From Geosiphon pyriformis uo1 (lineage: Eukaryota > Fungi > Glomeromycota): a DNA stretch of 64,000 nucleotides. The notes beneath the pieces were generated by a model. The model was not told the DNA's origin, searched no databases, and was given only the letters and a program-made list of their open reading frames with translations. Within the stretch, counting starts at the first letter, position 1; every line of letters begins with the position of its first letter. The DNA is taken from NCBI GenBank assembly GCA_016748015.1, contig JAAOMT010000514.1:113866-177865 (forward strand), in the 5' to 3' direction. Both the position numbers and the translations under genes were made by a program. Shown here one piece after another: positions 28,340 to 40,879 of this stretch.

Positions 28340-29602
28340 CTATTTGGTAATATGGTTTTAGTCAATTACTATGTGCTGCTTTGGTTAAAATTTTGTTGTC
28401 CTATCTTAATTTAGAAGCTCCATTTCCTAGAATTTCTTCTATGTGAAATGGTCTATTCTATTTGGGGTCAAATTTTCCACTTTATTGTTTTTCTACTTTA
28501 ATATAATGTAATAGTACTTTGTCTCCAATCTTGAATTCAATTGGTTTATCTGGTAGTTGATTATTATGTTGTTCTTTTTGCTTTTTTTGTGACTTTTGGA
28601 TGTTCTCAGTTGCTTTTTATCATTTGTTTTCTAGTGTTTTCATTAAGTCATATGTTCTTCTCAACAATGTTTTTTAGAAATTATCTTCTGTTATTGGTTC
28701 AGTTGAATATGTATTTACCTTTATCTTAACTAGTAATGTTGCTGTTCTACTATATTCTAATTCAAATGGTGTTGCTTGTGTGGTATCTTACTTCATTGTT
28801 TGATAAGCAAATAATACTGATGATATAAACAAATCCCATTTGTCTTGGTTTTTTTGACTGATTTTGGCGATTGCTTCACACATGTTCTATTGAATCTTTT
28901 AACTAGTCCATTGGTTTGTGGATAATATGGTAATGATAATGGTCTTTTTATCTCAAATCTTTGACTTAATTTGGTTAATGTTCTATTCACAAAATGAGTT
29001 CTTTGGTTTGATAGTAGTTCTTTTGAACATCTATGTCGACAAATCAAATTTTGATAAATGAATTCAGTAATAGATTCTGGATCTGTTTTTTGAATGGCTT
29101 TTGCTTCTGGCCATTTAGTGAGATAGTCCATGGCTACTGTGATATATCTGTTGTCTCTGCTGGTGATTGTTAATGGTCCTACTAAGTCAATTCCAATGCA
29201 ATTAAATGGTTGTTCTACTTTGATCAGTCTTAATAGTTCACTGGGTTTTGTTCCTCCTCTTCTCTGACAAGTATCACAATTTTGAACATAATGAATAATG
29301 TCTGGATACATTGATGGCCAATAGTATCTTTTTTTGGTTCTTTCTATGGTTGCTTCTTTATGAAAATGTTTTGCTGTTGGATTTGAGTGCATGTTGAATA
29401 GTATTGTCTCTTTTTCTGGTTCTGTAATTACTCTGGTTGGTTGATCTGAATTTTTTTTGTTCTTTTGGTAAAAGATATTTTGATGGTTGATAAAATATTT
29501 TGATTGTTGTTTTATGTTCCTTTGTTCTTTTTGAGATAATTTCTCCTTGAACAATTGGGTATTTATATAATGTTGGAGTTGTTGGTATTTTTGTATATTC
29601 AT
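28340..29602 (-). pseudogene. Gypsy integrase of B1
   Basis: MHSNPTAKH...CDTC (HHCC), IGIDLVGP, PQTNGLVKRFN, C-terminal (G)PF motif. Confidence 0.93.
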
Positions 29603-29649
29603 CTTTTGTTATATTTTTGGGTTGAAATGTTTTTAGATTTGTCTCATTC

Positions 29650-30950
29650 GTAACAAATTGTCAGCATTTCTATTGTTTTTTCCTTTTTTATAATGTATAG
29701 TGTAAGTATATAGTGATAGTGCCATTTTCTATCTTGATTGTCTTCCATCTCCAAATTTTTGTTTATAAAGTGCTGTTAATCCTTTGTGATCTGTGTATAC
29801 CTCAAACTTCTGATTCAAGTATTTGCTCTATTTCATGACTGCCCAATAAATTGCTAAGTGTTCTAATTCTGGTGTTCCATAATTTCTTTTAGCTGGAGTT
29901 AAACCTTGGCTGACATATACAACTAGATGTTTTCTTCTATCTGGTCTTCTCTATGATAGTACTGCTCCCAATGCTTGGCCAGATGCATTGGTAGTAATAA
30001 TGAATGATTTGTTGTGATCTGAATAGATCAGTACTGGAGCTTATATAAGCTTCTTTCTTAGAATATCAAAAGCTTTTTGTTGTGTTTCTGTCCATTCGTA
30101 TTTCACATTTTTGGTTTAGAGATAATTAAATAGTTGGGCTATCTTGGAAAAATTTTTAATAAAGTGTAAATAATAACCTGCGAATCTCAAAAATGACTTT
30201 AGCTCCATCACATTAGTTGGTATTGGGAAGTTTTTGACTATCTCTATTTTTTCTGGATCCATTTTGATCCCATCTTGGCTGACTACATGTCCCAATAATT
30301 TTAGTTCTGTTTGCCAAAGTAACACTTAGTAGCATTTAGTTTTAATTCTACTCGTCTGAGTCTTTCAAACACTTGCTGTAAATGATGGAGATGATCATCA
30401 AATGTCTTTGAAAATACATTGATGTTATCCAAGTAGACTACTACTGATTTTTATAGTAAGCCAGTGTATACTATTTCTATTAGCCATTGGAATATTGCTG
30501 GTACATTGATCAAGCCAAATAGCATAACTTCAAATTCAAAATTCTCTTCTTTTGTTATGAAAGCTGTCTTTTTTTTATCTTTTGGATCCATGACTACTTG
30601 TCAGTAACCACTGTTTAAGTCTAATGTTGAGAACTATTTCTTTCTGCCAAAAGCATCAAATAATTTCTAGATCCATGGAGTTGGATAACTGTCTCCATGA
30701 GTTACTCCATTGAGTTTTTAGTAGTCCACACAAAATCAGATTTTTCCATTTTTTTTACAGATGAGTACTACTGGTAATGACCATGGGCTCATTGATGACT
30801 GAATTAGTCCATTGTCAAGCATTTGGTTGATTTCTTAATGGATAATCTTATGGCTGGCTGGTAATACTTAGTATGCTCTTTGTTTAATTGGCATTGCATC
30901 TTTAGTCTTGATTTAATGCTAGATTATGTTGGTTCTGCCAAATTCATTTT
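29650..30950 (-). pseudogene. RT and RNase H of B1
   Basis: LLGHVVSQDGIKMDPEK, YLDN (from YLDD), RNase H TNASGQALGAVL. Confidence 0.9.
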
Positions 30951-31499
30951 CACTGGCAAAGATGTCATTGAATTTGTTAAGTAATATCTTTAGTTGTATA
31001 CATTGAAGTGGGTCTAAATTCTCTATGTTCATCTGTTCCAATTGTTCTAGTTAGAGCAGATAATATTTGTTTTGTCCATAGATGGTTTGTGATGTAATAT
31101 TTATGTATCCACAAAGTTGTGAAAAATCTAAAATGTAGTTTGGTGGTTGATCTTCAACTTCAGTAGTTAAATATTCAATGATAGTTCTCTTTGGTATTTT
31201 AATAACCTTTCCAGTTGTGTTGTAGATAGAAATTTTTATGTTTTTGGGGCTGTTGACTGATATGTATAAATTAGTGAGTCCAATCTTTCCTGATTCACAA
31301 ATGGTGGCTTCTGCCTCAAACAGCTGAGTTTGATCTTTTACTTCCTTTTTTATGACTAACATATACTAGTCATATGGTGGAATAGAAATTGTTTAATGGG
31401 TTGAGATAATTTCTCCTTTGTCAACAATTTCTTCCTCTGTCATATTGACTGGTATATTTATTCTATCCATTGATTTAAATTTTTATATCCCTCTTGCTG

Positions 31500-31890
31500 T
31501 CATACCTAGTTTTTCTCTCTTTTTCACTAAAACTAACTGAGTTATTTTCACCAAAGGTAAGAATATTGTCTATGCTATCTTTTTATTTGGTTCTATAATA
31601 TAGGTCTTTTCTGAGTCATTTTGTAGCATGGTGATAATATTTTCTATGTATCCTGCATCAATTATTCCTCCTCTGATGTTGATTTCTTTTTTTGCTAAAC
31701 TACTCCTGGACACTAATTGAATCATGATTGTTGCTAGAATTTCCAAAGCTATTTTAAGATCAATACATGTGTGCGAATTTGGTTCCAATTTGATGGCTTT
31801 TTTTCCTGGATATCTCAGACCAAACTCTGTGTTAGTATCATGCGCACATTCCAGCATAATACCTTCATTGTTATCACTGAACCATTTCAG
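31500..31890 (-). pseudogene. dUTPase domain of B1
   Basis: AHDTNTEFGLRYP, SRSSLA, GGIIDAGY, KKIA(Q)TIF. Confidence 0.88.
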
Positions 31891-32129
31891 TTTCTGCTCC
31901 TTGATAAGGTCAAAGAGTGTGATATATTGTTTGTAGTTAGAGTCAGAGTTTGAATCTAAGTTGAGATTATCATTGCTATTGTTGCCATATGAAATAGAGC
32001 TGAAACTGGTGTTTTTGTCATCATCATTGTTGGAGTTTGAATCAGAATTGAAAATTGATTCCAATTCCAATGGGCAGCTGCTGATTGGCTTCTCTTCCTC
32101 AGGGATTGTGTAGATTATGTGCAGTAGTA

Positions 32130-32760
32130 GATTGTAAATGAGATCACATTCATTACAATATTGGAAGTCACATGGAATCAAACAGTAGTCACATAGTCAA
32201 GTATTTAGTTGTGCTAAATGCTCTTTCTGTTCTTCTTTTGTAGGCGCCAAAGTTTGATAGTGTTCATGAAATTTCTCTAGTTCCAAGAGATTTATGACTA
32301 GTTTTTTGTTCCAGTCAAGTTCTACAAGTTCTGGCAGATTGTTCTTGATTTCTCTAATCTCTTTGGGTGATGCTTTCTCAATCTTGGCAATGATCATTTG
32401 CCATATTTTGTCATCGTCATGTGAATAACTGTTTAAATGTCTTACAGCCCTTATCCAGACGACTTCTATTGGTATTTTTTTCTTAATCCAATTGCTAATT
32501 AGGATCGTGTATTAACACGATTTATCACAAGTCTCTCTTCGTCCAGAAATGTTATTCCACATTTCTTCATCTAATAGCATTTCTTCACAAGTAAGACAGA
32601 GTTCATTATCCCATTTCTCTTGTCTCTTGGGTCGTCTAAACTGTTCTACAACACACAGATGACAATAAAACTTGGTCGCCACATGGTATTCCTTGTTATT
32701 GCCATAGTATGTGCCCATTGACGACAATTTCTTGTCACAATTGACACATACAAGCTTTGG
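32130..32760 (-). pseudogene. Cys-rich domain of unknown function in B1 pol
   Basis: CVNC, FYCHLC, CLTC, CDKSC, PCDFQYCNEC; homologous to 39290-39930. Confidence 0.7.
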
Positions 32761-33259
32761 CCAATGATAGTTAGTTGGTGGTAGTGTTGTGTAGTTATAA
32801 GAGGTGTAAAGAGTGGTTGGTAATGGTTCTTTTTCTTTTACTTTTCCTTTTCCTTTTCTTTGGTTATTTTCTTTCTACTTTTAACTTGTTGGCTCTTTCT
32901 AATCATTGTTAGTTTCCTAGGCTTGGTCAGTATTCTTAATAAGTTTTTCTTTTCCCTTGGTTGTCTGTTTCCCAGTTTATTGGTAAGTTATTATTGTCTT
33001 CAGTCCAAACCAAATCATCAGTTTCCCAGGTGAGTTTTTCTCTTTGTTTTTCTTTCATGTCATTATCCCATAATAGTATTGGTGGCAGCTCATTGTAATT
33101 GTTGTCAGCCCAGGAAACTTGATACACTTCCCAGGTTGGTTTCTTCTCTTTCTCTTTGAATTCAACAAGTGGTCACATCATTGGATTAGGTTTGAAATAA
33201 CTGCATGTGGCTGGTACACATGTGTATTAGCCATCTTAACTGATTTGCAACTCTTGGGT

Positions 33260-35633
33260 GGTCCAATCTAGCATTGCTTTGGTTTTGAACAACCAGTCAT
33301 TACCAACTAAGGCTTGGTACTGGGTGGCTTCCATAACTAGGACTTTGATTAGTACAATAATACCATTGACTTCGATTGGGAAATCATCAATCTTGTCAAT
33401 AGGTGTTTTGGTGATGCCATTAGCAGTAATAATTCTAATACTGGCAGCTCAATCAACTCAGCAGCCTAATGGATCCATGAGTTGTTGTGTGATAATGCTG
33501 CTCACTGATTCACTGTCTAAGATCAGTTTAATGGAATGCCTATCCACCTTGGCATTAATGTACATGACTGTGATGGGTTTTTTTTTCAATGTGGCTCTAC
33601 TAAATAGTAATGTTATTGCCTGAGTTTTAAATTCAAAGAGAAAAATTGCTGCTAATGTTTCATTATTAGTAACAGTGGCTGGAGGTATGTTGTTGGTAAG
33701 GATTGGTTGTTGATTGAATTCAGAGTTGTGGAAGATAGTGTCCTCTGGAGTAATCAGTAGACTTAAATAGTATTAAAAATTTGGGTTTTGAGTGGGACCG
33801 GTATCCAAGTTCCACTAACAAAATCCCAATTGTTGAGTTAATAAACTGGAGATTGGTTGTTGAACTATTATCACCAATCTCCAGTTTTGTTGTGTTATTC
33901 TCAGCCTTTGTGTCTTGTTTGGAGGTAAGTTTTGTGATGGCATTTGAACTTGGGGGGTTTGATAGATTATTTGGGGCTGCGGATGATAAATTGTTTGGGA
34001 TGGTGGTTGATAAATTGTCTGTGGCTGTGGTTAATAGATGGCTTGTAGTTGATATACTGGAATTTGATATACTGGTGGTTGATAGATTGGCTGCTGCATC
34101 ATGGACAAGTAAGTTGATTGATTTTGATTTTGATAGTTGTTCGGAGTTTGGAACTGGCAATTGGGGTTTCAATATTGATTTCCTGATTGTGGGTTGCTAT
34201 AAGTATGGCAATTGACTTGAATATGGTCTTGTTTACTACAGCTGTGGCAGACACGTATCTCTTATTGCTATGACTAATTGGGTACTGTGGATAAGAATGA
34301 ACATGATTGATTTTGGAAGTGATTTGCATTTCCTGAATTATTACGTCATTGAGGTGATTGATAGATTGCACAACTATTAGCTAAGTATCTCTCTAATTTC
34401 TGATTGATGAATTCACTAAATTGTTTCAATTTGGAATCCAAGTCAGATGATCCATTCATTATTAAATTTACAGCTTGGGCATGATTAGCCTCTGACTCAG
34501 CTAATTCAAAGTTTCTGGCATGAGTAACAGCAGCTTGTAGAGTGGCTAGATGTAATGGGCATACGTGTTGCAAAATGCTGCTGTGTAGACCATGGATGAA
34601 TTGGTTGAAAATCTGTGATATTGTGAAATAGTTGGCATCAATTGCTTAGATTTGGCGTAAATTTTGATGGAAGCATCCTAAGTAAGTGGTAACTGTCTCT
34701 ATGTCCTCTTGTTTGATGGTAATAAAAGTGTTTGTTAAGCAATTTATACTATTATTGTTGCTAAAATATCTAAAAAATTCTAGTTTAAATGCATCAAAGT
34801 CTTGGGGTTTATTAATTAGATTTTAATACCAGAAATTGACAGTGTTTTTGAGAAAGTATGGGATTGCTTAAAGCACTCTAACATCATTCTATTTATTTGT
34901 GGTGATGGCTTTCTTGACATTATTTAACCATACTTGGGCATTATCCTCTTCACCAATAAAATTGTCAAGTTTTACAATTGGTGTATATGCCATTGGATTT
35001 ACATTTGGTTGCTGCTGTTGAACAGGTAGTTGAAGTTGTTATTGCAGCTGTTGAAGCAGTTGTTGCAATGGGAGTTGCTGAGGTGGTCTTTGTGGCTGTT
35101 GAATTTGTTGATTTGGTTGTTGAAATGGCTGCTGAATGGGTTTGGCTATCGGATCAATTGATGAGTGATTGATAATAATATTTGGAGGTAAGTTTGGCTG
35201 ATTGATTAATTTGAGGTTCTGATTGTTTTGATTTGGCTGGGTTCTAATATTTGGAGTTTCAATTTTGGTGTTTTTTAAGTTCAGGTTTTTTAGAGTTTAA
35301 GTATTCAGAGTTCTAAATTCCAGATTTTCTAAGATCAGATTCTGGTAAGTGAATTCTAGATCCTCAGATTCTTCTTCCTCTTCTTCTTCTTGTTTGTCTT
35401 TTTCTTCTTTTTCTGATACTTCTCATGGAGTAATGATTTTGAAGTCTGGTTGAGATGGTGATAATTGAAATCTTGATGGCTTTGGTGATTACGATTTAAA
35501 TCCTTAAAATAATTACCATAAGTTCCTAGCAATTCTGCTTTCTTTTGTTTACTTTGGAATGGAAGTCATCTAAATGTTGAAGTTGTGTTTGATGTGGACA
35601 TGTCTGTTGATAAGATATTGATGGTGATTCCGG
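33260..35633 (-). pseudogene. gag (partial) and aspartic protease of B1
   Basis: LILDSES (DSG-derived), ALVGNDWL; gag QFIHGL...RP/HP motif and zinc knuckle. Confidence 0.85.
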
Positions 35634-36644
35634 TGTTACCAGTAGAATTTTAGCTATTAATTAGCATAAAATTACCCTTATAATTTCTATAATTAATTAG
35701 TATATTAATATCATTTCAAATTATCATTTATTATTTAATCAATTATCACATATCACAATTCAATTAAATAATCCAATTAGCATAACAGAAAGTAAGATGA
35801 TCAAATTACACAATACCTTGAACTTTGTAACATTCAAAAATTTGCCAAAATTTACAGAAATTTTCTGAAATTTATAAGAAATTCGCCAAAATTTATAGAA
35901 ATTCGCCAAAATTATGAATAATTCACCCAAATTAATCAATAGTTTAGCAAAATAACTTGTAGTCCATCAAAATATATCTTTAGTTCACTGAAATTTGAGC
36001 AAAGAAAAAAAGTGCAAGTTCATAGACTAGTACTACAACAAGTTGTATAAAAAAAGAGCTTTTCTCTTCAAGAAAATATATCTTACTTTAGATTTTTCAC
36101 TTAGAACCGTTTCTATACACACAAAAAAAAATAAATATTAAATAATTCGAAAAACCAAATTCTTTAATTATTGCACTTGGAAAATCCCCAAAACCCAACT
36201 AACATTTCGAAATTGATTAGCTATCAATTTCAGTAAACTGTTAGTAACTTCAGGCCTGGATAGAAAACATTTCCCTTGATAAAATCCTATTTCTTTTACA
36301 TTTCTTTTATTTTTCTTTTCTTTTCTTATTACAATCATTAATGTAGCTTACAGATAAAATTTTTGTAGAAGAGTTGACTTTCACAGCAAAGTAACTACAC
36401 ATTTTTAGTGAGCTTCCAGATGAGCAATTCCTGGGAAAGAGTTGACATTTACTACAACATAACTATACAAAGTAACTGGCACAGAATTGGCTATTCTACT
36501 TATAAGCCCAGCAGTTCAAATTATAGGAGATAATTTGAAAATAAATTCAATTATTGGAGGTTCAATTACTTCTAGAAAACGTGAATTTGTAACCAACAGA
36601 CATTTACAACATTCAAAAAAAGAGACCAAAAACTTCTGGTAACA
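35634..36644 (+). repeat. 5' LTR of A2
   Basis: tgttaccagtag...ctggtaaca; direct repeat at 44593; ~20-bp internal repeats at ~35835-35950. Confidence 0.93.
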
Positions 36645-36646
36645 TT

Positions 36647-36662
36647 TGGTGCTCTTCCACGG
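36647..36662 (+). other. Primer binding site of A2 (TGGTGCTCTTCCACGG), tRNA not assigned
   Basis: Starts with TGG 2 nt after the LTR terminal CA. Confidence 0.8.
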
Positions 36663-36689
36663 AAACAACACAGCAAAAACAATTTCAAA

Positions 36690-38530
36690 GTGGTGACCAC
36701 ACCAGATGCAACAACTTTAAAGTATTACCAGTCAATTTACATCTACTGCAAGCAAAGATTCAACATCTCAGACGGAATTGAAGTTATCAAGAAATTAGTA
36801 TACCAATATATTAAAAATCGCATTAACAATTATTTTTTTGGAAATTACAACATCTCAGAAGTTAGAAGTAATCTTTACAATAATTTAGTGCACTATTTAC
36901 AGTTGAGAACTGAAGACCTTAACAGTAAAACACTTGCCACTTACTTTCAAGAACTTAATTTTAACATTATCAAGTACTGTGAAGAAACATATCCAGTGCA
37001 GTCTCAATACTCTATTGATTTTGAATCAGAGACAAAAACAAGTAACAAAAACAAACAAAAATTGAAGCAATACTCAAGAACCATCCCAAATACTCCAATA
37101 CTACCAAAAACAACTGCCAAACACTTGCAAACACCTGAACAAAGAACCAGTGTCAAATTATCACTTTCTATTACACCATTTTTAATTTCACTTGTTCAAC
37201 CACAAACACCAAGTTTACCACTTAAATGTTTCTCCAGACCAGAAGATTACCAGTCATCTAGAAATCCTACTCAACAGCAGGAACCAATATCAACAAGTGC
37301 CAATATCATTGATTACTTACAAGAAAATGAAAGTAATCATTCAGAGAGTCTGGAAAGTGAAGAAACTAAATCAGAACAAAAAGAAACTACAGAAAATGAA
37401 GAAAAAATAACAACTGCTTACATTGCAAAGATTCTAGAATTTACTAATAAAGATAATGATATCAGTCTCAAGAATAACTTGACAAAGTTCAAAAAGCAGG
37501 AGATGCAAATAGTTGGATTACAGTAAGAATGCTTAAAGCAATCCCATATTTTCTCTAAAGAACTGCAGGAGAATGGTTTGAAAACTTAGAAGAACTATTT
37601 GAAAACTGGTAAGCATTTAAAGATGCTTTCTTACAACAATTCACTGACAACAACATCTCTATTACTCTCCATAATTGCTTTCGCAATATCAAACAAGAAA
37701 CATTTGAAACTGTTATAACTTATCTTGGAAGATTCAACAAACTTCTTCGATGGATTTGACAATTGGAAACCAATGATTATTATTCTGATGCTCAGATTCT
37801 GAACCAGTTTATAGCAGAGTTAAAAGACAAACTGATTAAGAAAGTCTGTCCACATGCTCCAGCAGACTTAGCAACTGCCATCAGACATACAAAAAACTAT
37901 GAAATGGCTATGGAAGAAGCAAACCACACCAAACTCATCAACTTAGCTATTGGAGAAACCAGTTCAGCAGCTGAAAAGAAAATAAACCAACTCACAAAAA
38001 AGGTTAAAAGCTACTTCACAAACAAACAACAACAGCAACAACAATCACAAAGATATCAACTCCCACAATGACGCAACCAAAACAATTTTGGATTACCCTC
38101 CAACAACCAACCTCAAAATTGTCATTATTGTGGAATTTCAGAACACTGGAAACGAGATTGTAGGAAATTACAAAGAGACCAACAAAATAGGAGTAATCAA
38201 CATTATTTTTTACCACAACAATCTTATTACCAACCTCTACTACCAACTTATTATTCACCAAGACCCCAAAATCAAAACAATTACTATCAACCAGCTCTAC
38301 AACCAATGCAGCAACAATATCAGCAACCTTTACCAATTCAGCAATATTAGACACAACCTTTTCAACAATATTAAATACCAGCCAGAAGATTGGTTCAACA
38401 TAACCAATTCACATCTCAAAATTAATTTCAAAATAATAACAATAGAATCAACCCAAATAACTAATTAGTTCCCCAAAATTCTGGTCAGCAAAGACCAAAT
38501 TATTTTTACACTCAATCCAGTTATTTAACA
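36690..38530 (+). pseudogene. gag of A2
   Basis: Retrotransposon gag-like (LNQFIAELKDKL...PHAP), zinc knuckle CHYCGISEHWKRDC near 38119, Q/P/N-rich tail. Confidence 0.88.
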
Positions 38531-39060
38531 ATGACTAAAGAATCGAATTTTCAACAAACTGCACTTTCTGAAAATGAAGCTGCAGTACCAAGAACAAACC
38601 CTTCCAACCATATCATTCTACCAGTTCAAATTGCTCAAAATGCCAACCACTCAGATATATTTCCATTCGAATTTGAAGCAAATGAATCACCATTCTTGCT
38701 TAATAATGCAACAGCTAATAAACAAAAAGCTATCACTGCTATGTACATTGAAGCCACAATAGAAGAAAAACCCATCCGATTAATTCTAGACAGTGGATCA
38801 ACTAGAAGTATTATCACTTACCAGTTAATACAGCAACTTCAAAAAACTGTTGACAAACCAGCCCAAACTGTAATTGTTACAGCAGATAGTATAAAAAAGA
38901 CACCAGTAAGAGAAATTGACAATTTTCCATTCATCATTGATGGAATCACCATTCTAGTTAAAGTGCTAATCATGAATACACCCCAATACCAAGCTCTGGT
39001 CGGAAATGATTGGCTTCTTAAAGCCAATGCAAACTTAGATTGAGAAACTCAAGAACTAAA
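38531..39060 (+). pseudogene. Aspartic protease of A2
   Basis: IRLILDSGST, ALVGNDWL. Confidence 0.92.
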
Positions 39061-39289
39061 AATCTCATATCAAGGACAATACACTATAGTATCTGCTATT
39101 TGTAGTACTTTCAACAAACAATCAGAAAAAGCCCCAGTATTTGAATTTGAAGAGGAGAAAGAAATGCCACTTACTGAAACCTAAATGGCACTTGGATCAA
39201 CATTCAACTGGACTGAGAAAACAGAACAAGAGATTTTTGAAGAATCAAGAAGATAGAAGAAAGTTAGATATTCTACTCCAGAACCATAG

Positions 39290-39930
39290 AAACAACCACC
39301 CTATATTCCACTTAAATACAAAGATTGCAACAAGAAACTTTCATCAATGGGAGCATGTATTTCTCCAGAAGAGGAATATGAAACTCATACCTATTACTTT
39401 TGCAAAGCATGCTATAGAAAACGATTTGGATCTCCAAAAAGAAGTGGAAAATAGGACAATACACCTTGTCTTACATGTGGAGATATGTTACCAGAAGAAT
39501 GCAACTGGATTGATGTTGCAATGAAAGGAGGAGTATGTGATCAAACCTGTCAATATGCTCTATCAATTTCGGAAAAAGTCAAAAGAGGAACACCATTTGA
39601 TGCAGTATACAACAGTGCTCTCAATAAACTTTACCACTATCCTCATGATGCTGAAATGATTTTTGACCTAACAATAGCATTAATCAATGGAGCCACCCAA
39701 AAAGATGTTCACCAAATGAAAGAAGCTAAATACATTAAGTATACTATGGAATTAGCTGGATTTGATTATGAAGATGAAGTAGAAACCTACCACCAAATTG
39801 CAAACCACACATACTTGACTCAAGAAACTCAAATTCAATGATTAGAGCAAATAAACATTCAATTGTGTGAAGAATGCATCATGCTTTGTGATAACAAATG
39901 GTGTCCAGAATGCTATGCTTTTAGCATTCT
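39290..39930 (+). pseudogene. Cys-rich domain of unknown function in A2 pol
   Basis: (C)KDC, FCKAC, CLTC, CDQTC, helical YPHDAEMIF segment, CEEC-x3-C-x4-CPEC; in frame with protease and dUTPase. Confidence 0.72.
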
Positions 39931-40029
39931 CCTGCCAGAGGAGAATGATGAAAATGAAATCAAATTTAGAGTATCCGAACTAGTAGAAAAACTACCAACC
40001 ACCCCCATTTATCTTCTTAAAAAGCAATC

Positions 40030-40468
40030 ACCTCTACAACTTAAATATTTTGACAACCATGGCCAAGAAATCAGACCAGAAAAAGCACACGAAATTGATG
40101 CTGGATATAATCTAAAATACCCAGAAAAAGATACTTTGATTCTCCAACTAAAGTCCTTGACAAAAATCAATCTCAAAATTGCTCTTGAAATACCACCAGG
40201 AGCAATGGTTCAAATTGCCTTCAGATCATTATTGGCAAGCAAAGGAATCAATATTAGAGAAGAAGTTATAGATGTAGGATACACTGGAAACATTATCATC
40301 ATGTTACAGAATGAGACAGACAAACCATTCAAAATTGAACATGCTGAAAAAATTGCTCAAGCAATTTACTTACCCTTAATCAACATTTTGGGTTTACAAT
40401 CAGTAAACAACAGAAAACAATTGGGAAAAAGTGAAAGAGGAACTCAAGATTTTGGTTCAACTGAATGA
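40030..40468 (+). pseudogene. dUTPase domain of A2
   Basis: All five trimeric dUTPase motifs in order: DAGYNL, FRSLLA, VIDVGYTG, KIAQAI, RGTQDFGST. Confidence 0.93.
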
Positions 40469-40879
40469 TTTACAGTTCCAGTAAACATAGCTCTTAATAC
40501 ACAAAATGAATCTTACCAGATTCTTCAACTTCTCCAGCCAATTATCATTTCACCTTTTGGAGAACATCACGAAATTTACACTTGCTCAAAACCCACTACT
40601 ACACAACAAATCTTTGAATCCAATGAACAAATCTGTTTGAAGCATGAAATCTCAATTCCAAACGTTTATATTCTCAAAAGAATGAAAAAATTTTGAGTTA
40701 TATTCTACAACCCCAATAATTACCCTATTGTTTTATTAAACAAATTAGAGATTGGAATCATACACAGCAATATTTTTCAAAATGAAAACTCTCAAATTGT
40801 CTCTAATTTCATCGAAATTGTAAGGCACAATCTACTCTCAAATCCAAATATTATTCTTACTACTGAAAACTACCACTTT

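Larger units (their letters stand above)
26675..35633 (-). mobile_element. Ty3/Gypsy family B, copy B1, 5'-truncated at the A2 junction
   Basis: 3' LTR 26675-27517, PPT, ORF3, integrase, RNase H, RT (VYLDNI ~30425), dUTPase, Cys-rich domain, protease, gag with CHSC-x4-H-x4-C knuckle. No 5' LTR or PBS. Confidence 0.92.

Noticed and set aside
33258-35172. Val/Leu-rich plus-strand ORFs as membrane proteins
   Set aside because: They are antisense shadows of Q/N/T-rich gag-pol; the same applies to similar ORFs at 10164, 38016 and 48854.
40030-40468. dUTPase as a host or bacterial/phage gene
   Set aside because: It is in frame within pol between LTRs in three element copies.
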